The notes under the pieces are model-generated. The model saw only the letters and a list, made by a program, of their open reading frames with translations. It was not told where the DNA came from and ran no database searches. Shown here in pieces: positions 59,084 to 64,000 of a stretch of DNA of 64,000 nt (position 1 is the stretch's first letter; every line of letters begins with the position of its first letter). Position numbers and translations under genes: made by a program. This stretch comes from an uncultured Clostridia bacterium (GTDB lineage Bacteria > Bacillota > Clostridia > Christensenellales > UBA1242). Location: assembly GCA_944376825.1 (NCBI GenBank), contig CALWDY010000012.1:522-64521 (forward strand). Direction: 5' to 3'.

Positions 59084-59964
59084 TAATCTTCTCCTATAAA
59101 AATAACTTCTTCCTCAAGTTCTATATTGTTTTTTTCCTTTGCAACTTTTTTTATAATATTTATTAAATCTTGTATATCTTTTGCTTTTGCATTGCCTAAA
59201 TTTACAATAAAATTTGCATGAAGTTTTGATATTTGCGCTCCATTAACTATAACACCTTTAAGCCCCAGATTGTCAATCATTTTGCCGGCACTTAAATTAT
59301 TAATCTTTTTAAATATGCTACCACTATTAAACGTTTCTATTGGCTGGGATAATCGTCTTTTATTTAAATAGTTTATTTGCTTATTTTTTATATTTTCTTT
59401 CTCATCTTTTTTTAATTTTATCCAAATTTTCAACACTATATAATTTTTTTCCTTAACAATGCTATTTCGATATCCAAATTTTAGTTGGTCATTGTAAAGG
59501 ATTTTAATTTTTTTTCCATCAAAAACTTTTGCTTTTAAAACAACATCTTGCATTTGTCCGCCGTAAGCCCCAGCATTCATGCACAAAGCCCCACCACAAC
59601 TGCCAGGTATTCCATAACTCCACTCCATTCCGCCAAGACCACTGTCTTTTGCCATTTTATTTAAAACATACAAATTGGCACCACAATCTGCAATTAACAC
59701 ATCTTCCTTTATAGTTATGCTTGACATCTTTTTTGTGCAAATAACAACACCATCAAAGCCTTTGTCTTTAAATATCACATTGCTTCCATTTCCCAAAATA
59801 AAATATTTTATTTTTAATTTATTACATTGTTTAACAATTTCAACAAGTTGCGATGCTGTTAAAGGTTCAATATAATATTTTGCTTTTCCACCAACTCGCA
59901 TTGTGCAATGAGTGCTTAAATCTTCACATTGAAGCATGTTATATTTATTTAAAAAATTTATCAT
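59083..59964 (-). CDS. murB: UDP-N-acetylenolpyruvoylglucosamine reductase
   Basis: HCTMRVGGKAKYY, ILGNGSNV, GMEWSYGIPGSCGGA and SGSIFK. Confidence 0.9.
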   Translation of the reverse strand: MINFLNKYNMLQCEDLSTHCTMRVGGKAKYYIEPLTASQLVEIVKQCNKLKIKYFILGNGSNVIFKDKGFDGVVICTKKMSSITIKEDVLIADCGANLYVLNKMAKDSGLGGMEWSYGIPGSCGGALCMNAGAYGGQMQDVVLKAKVFDGKKIKILYNDQLKFGYRNSIVKEKNYIVLKIWIKLKKDEKENIKNKQINYLNKRRLSQPIETFNSGSIFKKINNLSAGKMIDNLGLKGVIVNGAQISKLHANFIVNLGNAKAKDIQDLINIIKKVAKEKNNIELEEEVIFIGED

Positions 59965-60021
59965 ATAATAATATATGTTTTTTGTAAAACTATGTTGAAA
60001 AAATAGCCCAAAAGGACTATT

Positions 60022-60657
60022 TTAACTAAATACAAAATTATACAAAGAATTTATCATCTCTTTAACTTTTTTATTGTTGTATGTTTTGTTTGTTTTTTGT
60101 GACAATTTAAAAATATATTGTTTTAACAGGGGTCTTAACGAATCGTAAATATGCTTACACTCAACTTCTTTGCTTGCCCCAACAGTTTCAATGATATCCC
60201 TGCTCACACGCCTTTCTCCACGACTACGCATTTCGCAAAGTATGTACTTTATAAACCTTGCCTTCCACGAATTCATCACAATATCAAGTTCATTTAATTT
60301 TTTGTTTACATTATCTTCGTAGTTGGATTGAGTTTTTTGATATATTAAATGTTTAAAAACATCACTTTCAAAAAAATCTTTATAAGTTTTAAATTCTGTT
60401 TTATTGTTATGGTCTGCAACAACTCCATTTTTTACATAATAAACTTTTTTTAAAATAACTTCACTTATATTTTCTTGCAAATTACCATACTTTTCAACAT
60501 TTTCAATAATTATTGCATTTGTGCCTTTGTTGTATTTTTCCAACATTTCAAAAATGCTTTTACAAGATGCAAGCTCAATGTCATATGTTTTTGCAATGTC
60601 TCTAAGTTCACATGCAAGAATCAAATTGTCCGACAGCAACACGCATATTTTTTTCAT
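60022..60657 (-). CDS. Pseudo-receiver plus Spo0A_C-like DNA-binding protein (paralog of 61946..62659)
   Basis: The N-terminal flavodoxin-like part lacks the acidic pocket (LLSDN, IIIENVE). The C-terminus aligns by eye with its paralog: NELDIVMNSWKARFIKYILCEM vs SELDNLSFRPKLIGVKYITDLI. Confidence 0.4.
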   Translation of the reverse strand: MKKICVLLSDNLILACELRDIAKTYDIELASCKSIFEMLEKYNKGTNAIIIENVEKYGNLQENISEVILKKVYYVKNGVVADHNNKTEFKTYKDFFESDVFKHLIYQKTQSNYEDNVNKKLNELDIVMNSWKARFIKYILCEMRSRGERRVSRDIIETVGASKEVECKHIYDSLRPLLKQYIFKLSQKTNKTYNNKKVKEMINSLYNFVFS

Positions 60658-61724
60658 AAGCTAAGTTCTTCATCTTTGCTATTTATAATATATCCACTAG
60701 AACTATTTGATTGATTGTTTTCTTGTTCTAAATTTTCAAAAGTCAATGGTATGTTTGCCTGTTCCATATCCTCAGCAAAATTAATTTCATCGCCCGTCAA
60801 TTCATGGCAGGATAATTCGTATAGATATCTGTCCTCGGCATTTTCCAATTTAGTTGTATAGTTTGTCTTTTCATTTGAACTTGTTTCTTTAATTACTGCA
60901 TTCATTATTGTATTTATGTATTTTACTTCGCTCCCTCTTGTTAATTTGTAAGTTGCGTAAATGTTAAATACTTTATTATCCTCTTCCAATTTCCCAACCT
61001 GTTGAGAAATAACTTCAAAGGAATACCCTTGTTCGCGATACTCTTCCATTTGACCAGCATATGAATTTGATTTAAGCAAACTGTTTGCCGCATCATAATT
61101 AGCTATTGGATATTTATCTAAAATTCTAACATATCCCCCTTTTTCATTCATAACCTCGCTTAATGATTGTACTTCAAAATCGTATTCCGTTGACAACTCA
61201 TAAACCTTATATTCACCGTCGCTTTCAAAAACTGCCGTTGTATAAACCTTGTCGCCTTCTAAACTGATATTGACTAGTTTTTTAAAATTAAACCCTCCGG
61301 GCAACATTGTTGACACAAATGAATTAACAGATGCGTACGACACCTCGTTTTCTGCAATTTGATATGTTACCGTATCAGACCACTCAGACGCCTTGTATTC
61401 ACCAGAAGAATCCACTGCCTGAACCTTAAATTCTGTTGTTTGCGTTGTTGGAACATAAAAGTAACTGTTATCTTCCACCGTTTGAGTTTCGCCGTTAATA
61501 TTTACATTATAGTAGTCCGCATTGGCGACTTCATCCCAAAATAGTTTATAGTATTCATCATTATATTCAACCGTCCTTACAATAGCCAATTGTGGAGTGT
61601 TGTCTTGAGCCCATATTTTGTTATAAATATCATCGGCATTTGTTGCAACTCCTACCACCGCAGCAACCAATGCACCAATTGCACCCAATGCTGCAAGAAT
61701 TTTTTTGCCTTTTTTCATTGCCAT
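60654..61724 (-). CDS. N-terminally anchored extracytoplasmic protein, function unknown
   Basis: MAMKKGKKILAALGAIGALVAAVVGVA signal anchor. ATG 61724 sits behind GAGGTG. Confidence 0.55.
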   Translation of the reverse strand: MAMKKGKKILAALGAIGALVAAVVGVATNADDIYNKIWAQDNTPQLAIVRTVEYNDEYYKLFWDEVANADYYNVNINGETQTVEDNSYFYVPTTQTTEFKVQAVDSSGEYKASEWSDTVTYQIAENEVSYASVNSFVSTMLPGGFNFKKLVNISLEGDKVYTTAVFESDGEYKVYELSTEYDFEVQSLSEVMNEKGGYVRILDKYPIANYDAANSLLKSNSYAGQMEEYREQGYSFEVISQQVGKLEEDNKVFNIYATYKLTRGSEVKYINTIMNAVIKETSSNEKTNYTTKLENAEDRYLYELSCHELTGDEINFAEDMEQANIPLTFENLEQENNQSNSSSGYIINSKDEELSL

Positions 61725-61886
61725 GTTTTCACCTCGCAAAGAGTATAACATACAAAACTCAACATTGCAATACCCAACTTTTGTGCTAAAAAAAACATGC
61801 TTTTACATTTAAGCACAAAATTAAGCGCTGACTTTTGTAAAAATTGCAACATTTTAAAATATTTTGTAAAAATGTTAGATTTTTTG

Positions 61887-61915
61887 TTGACTTGACATAT
61901 TTATGGTGTTACAAT
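61887..61915 (+). promoter_or_regulatory. Strong sigma-70-type promoter of 61946..62659
   Basis: TTGACT, a 17-nt spacer ending in TGt, then TACAAT. Confidence 0.6.
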
Positions 61916-61945
61916 CTAGACAAATAAAAGGCAAGGATAAAGATT

Positions 61946-62659
61946 ATGAATCAAAATTCAGTTGTGTTTTACCATAATAAATCGTATGATTTTAAAGAAG
62001 TATACGATATTTGTACAAAACTTAAATTGCATATATTTGAATGCGACAAGCTTGACATTCTTGCTTATATAATGGATAAAATTTCTCCACTTTATGTTAT
62101 ATTTGATAAAAATGTTGATTTAAGCCAAAACATTTTTAAAGATTTTGTTTTTCACAACAAGAAAAACCTTATATATTTTATTGGCGAAAAGTTTATGGAA
62201 TATAGTTGCAATCATGTTTTTATTGCAAACAACTACAACGAATTAGAAAGCGTCATTTCCAATCATTATAGATGTTTTTCAAAAGGTTTATGCACGGAAG
62301 ACAAAAATCAATCTCTATGCTATTCCATAATGCATAGTGAATTGGACAATTTGTCATTTAGACCAAAACTAATTGGCGTAAAGTATATCACCGATTTAAT
62401 TTACGAATTATACACAAACAGTTCAATCTCTCACGGCAAATGCAATGACACTTATAACAAACTTGCAATAAAATATAACACAACCTCATGTAGCATAGAA
62501 AAATCCATAAGATTTTGCATACTAAGAGCGTATGAAACATGTCAAAATAAAAGTTTGTTCTATAATATTTCAAAAACAGAAAAAGCACCATCCATAAAAG
62601 AAGTTGCAAATTACATTTTAGACAAGATTAATTTAAGAATAAGCCAAAAGATGTATTAA
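61946..62659 (+). CDS. Spo0A C-terminal-domain-like regulator with a degenerate receiver-like N-terminus
   Basis: YNKLAIKYNTTSCSIEKSIRFCILRAYE matches the Spo0A_C signature (...[23 protein letters not shown]...). The N-terminal part lacks the conserved DD pocket. Confidence 0.55.
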   Translation: MNQNSVVFYHNKSYDFKEVYDICTKLKLHIFECDKLDILAYIMDKISPLYVIFDKNVDLSQNIFKDFVFHNKKNLIYFIGEKFMEYSCNHVFIANNYNELESVISNHYRCFSKGLCTEDKNQSLCYSIMHSELDNLSFRPKLIGVKYITDLIYELYTNSSISHGKCNDTYNKLAIKYNTTSCSIEKSIRFCILRAYETCQNKSLFYNISKTEKAPSIKEVANYILDKINLRISQKMY

Positions 62660-62723
62660 TTTTGTTATTATATGCGGATGTAAATATTATCCCCTTTAAC
62701 AATTCTCATCCGCTGTAATATAT

Positions 62724-62756
62724 AAAAACCCACCAGTTTTATCTGGTGGGTTTTTG
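62724..62756. terminator. Bidirectional rho-independent terminator
   Basis: AAAAACCCACCAG-TTTTAT-CTGGTGGGTTTTT. It sits between the convergent 61946..62659 gene and tRNA-Trp. Confidence 0.8.
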
Positions 62757-62763
62757 TTTACAT

Positions 62764-62837
62764 TGGCAGGGGTGGAAGGAATCGAACCCTCCTCTGGAGT
62801 TTTGGAGACTCTCATTCTACCGATGAACTACACCCCT
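62764..62837 (-). tRNA. tRNA-Trp (anticodon CCA), CCA end encoded
   Basis: Acceptor AGGGGTG/CACCCCT and anticodon loop CTCCAAA (CCA = plus-strand TGG at 62803..62805). T-arm GAGGG-TTCGATT-CCTTC. Confidence 0.9.
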
Positions 62838-62908
62838 TCAAAGTTATTTTGCTTTGATATGTTATCAAAACAAATTAAACTTGTCAATAAATATTAAATA
62901 TTTTTGGT

Positions 62909-64000
62909 CTATAATATCACAATTTTAAAAGTATAACACACATTTTCGTAATGTTTTAATTCCAATGTAACAACAATTTCACCTTTGCCTTTTACATTAA
63001 AAACAATTGCATTTGAAAAGTTATCATAAGACACATATGTTTCTTGGCTACAAACATATTTTACATCACACTCAATATTCACCTCTAAAATACCATCAAT
63101 TACACAATAGTAACTCAATGGAATGATTGCGCTGTCACTTCCATTATTTATTGTTAAAACATCACTATTAAATGTTGCATTGTTTTCTGTTAAAAAAGAT
63201 TTATTAATTTCAATATAGAATGAATAAAACAGCTTTCTTTTTACAAGCACACTAAAAGTTTTTTCATAGTTAGATAAGTGGTCTTTTACAATAACATTAA
63301 ACTCACCCTCTTTTATTGCAGTTATCTTGTTGCCTTCAACATTAAAACCATCTTGGCAAAATAAGTACAAGTCGCAAAGCGCATATACTGGAAAATAATT
63401 AATAAGCACCTCTAAGGTTTCTCCAACATATATTTCATTAACATTTACATCAACAACAACATCTTGTACATTTATTGTAGATATTTTAACAATGTACTCT
63501 TCCATATAGTTTGATCCATCGTTTGCCATTATTTTTAAAGTGCCTACGCCTTGACTTTTAGCTATAATTTTATTGTTGCTTATTTTTGCAATGTTATCAC
63601 CTTCAAAAATAACAGCAAAATCATTTAGATTTTTATCTGTTACAGAAACATAAAAATTTGCAAATGAATAATAACCATCTTGGTTTGCCTGCTCATTATA
63701 AACAGAATTGTATAAAAACAATTGTATTTCATCATTTACTAAACTGTTTGAAAAATCCACTGAAAAATCATCAATATATTCATAGCACAAAACAGAACAA
63801 AAGCACGAATAATTTCTGTACAAAAACTCAAACTTTGTTTCTTCATAAAATTCAACATAAAAACTAAACAACAAAATATTATTTTCATAATTTATATATT
63901 GCAAATTATTAATGTTTTCACTTGTAAACAATGAATATTGTTGAGTTAAAGTTTGATTTGTTGTTATTTTTAAAAAGTAACTTTCTCCAACAAAAACCTT
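62909..64000 (-). CDS. Partial (5'-truncated by the window edge) large secreted or surface protein with an Ig-like (Big_2-like) segment
   Basis: The frame stays open from 63931 to the window end, so the track start (TTG) is artificial. KSQGVGTLKIMANDGSNYMEEYIVKI resembles bacterial Ig-like group 2 repeats. Confidence 0.45.
   Translation of the reverse strand, partial: KVFVGESYFLKITTNQTLTQQYSLFTSENINNLQYINYENNILLFSFYVEFYEETKFEFLYRNYSCFCSVLCYEYIDDFSVDFSNSLVNDEIQLFLYNSVYNEQANQDGYYSFANFYVSVTDKNLNDFAVIFEGDNIAKISNNKIIAKSQGVGTLKIMANDGSNYMEEYIVKISTINVQDVVVDVNVNEIYVGETLEVLINYFPVYALCDLYLFCQDGFNVEGNKITAIKEGEFNVIVKDHLSNYEKTFSVLVKRKLFYSFYIEINKSFLTENNATFNSDVLTINNGSDSAIIPLSYYCVIDGILEVNIECDVKYVCSQETYVSYDNFSNAIVFNVKGKGEIVVTLELKHYENVCYTFKIVIL

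Noticed and set aside
62660-62723. 7-bp inverted repeat GCGGATG…CATCCGC downstream of 61946..62659.
   Set aside because: Short stem with a 26-nt loop, immediately followed by a much stronger canonical terminator. Probably fortuitous.

Overview
This is an AT-rich bacterial chromosome segment read with the standard code 11. Long housekeeping ORFs are uninterrupted, Trp is TGG, and a tRNA-Trp(CCA) is present. The gene content looks like a low-GC Bacillota-type organism: WhiA, two Spo0A_C-like regulators, a YdjG/YdjI-like module, MurB, single-chain GlyRS and QueH. All calls come from reading motifs by eye; no database search was possible.

About 60 protein genes lie mostly on the minus strand. 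Recognisable core genes are aspS, rplJ-rplL with a leader, glyQS, tilS, gyrB-gyrA, recF, lepB, queH, ftsH, pfkA, dnaE, whiA, murB, a plsC-like gene, an ABC-F ATPase, an ABC-2 exporter trio and a peroxiredoxin plus Fur/PerR-like pair. There are also tRNA-His(GTG) and tRNA-Trp(CCA).

The left ~20 kb is accessory and visibly decaying. It holds an ABC-F remnant, a GNAT remnant, a triple-nonsense gene and a disrupted radical-SAM fusion. A further pseudogene, an LRR surface protein with an in-frame amber stop, lies at ~44-45 kb.

The stand-out is a tightly coupled minus-strand operon at 4815..11766, which I interpret as a RiPP-like (ribosomal peptide) biosynthetic system in a combination I do not recognise. 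It comprises:
- an ORF absent from the supplied track encoding the 20-aa peptide MKEVEMTDEELLAECCVHRS, with its own promoter, an ideal Shine-Dalgarno and a following 12-bp hairpin
- a PPDK/PEP-synthase-like phosphotransferase
- a radical-SAM/SPASM enzyme with a C-terminal PqqD-like extension
- an E1/ThiF-like adenylyltransferase with an N-terminal peptide-clamp-like domain
- a signal-less family-5 solute-binding-protein homolog
- a class I/II PLP enzyme

Secondary curiosities:
- a GC-rich ~206-nt long hairpin after the ABC-F gene
- a disrupted radical-SAM::HisE/MazG-like fusion coupled to a SerRS-catalytic-core-only paralog
- a GNAT::ADP-ribosylglycohydrolase fusion
- a perfect 31-bp palindrome upstream of an XRE gene

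No CRISPR array, rRNA, transposase or integrase was recognised.
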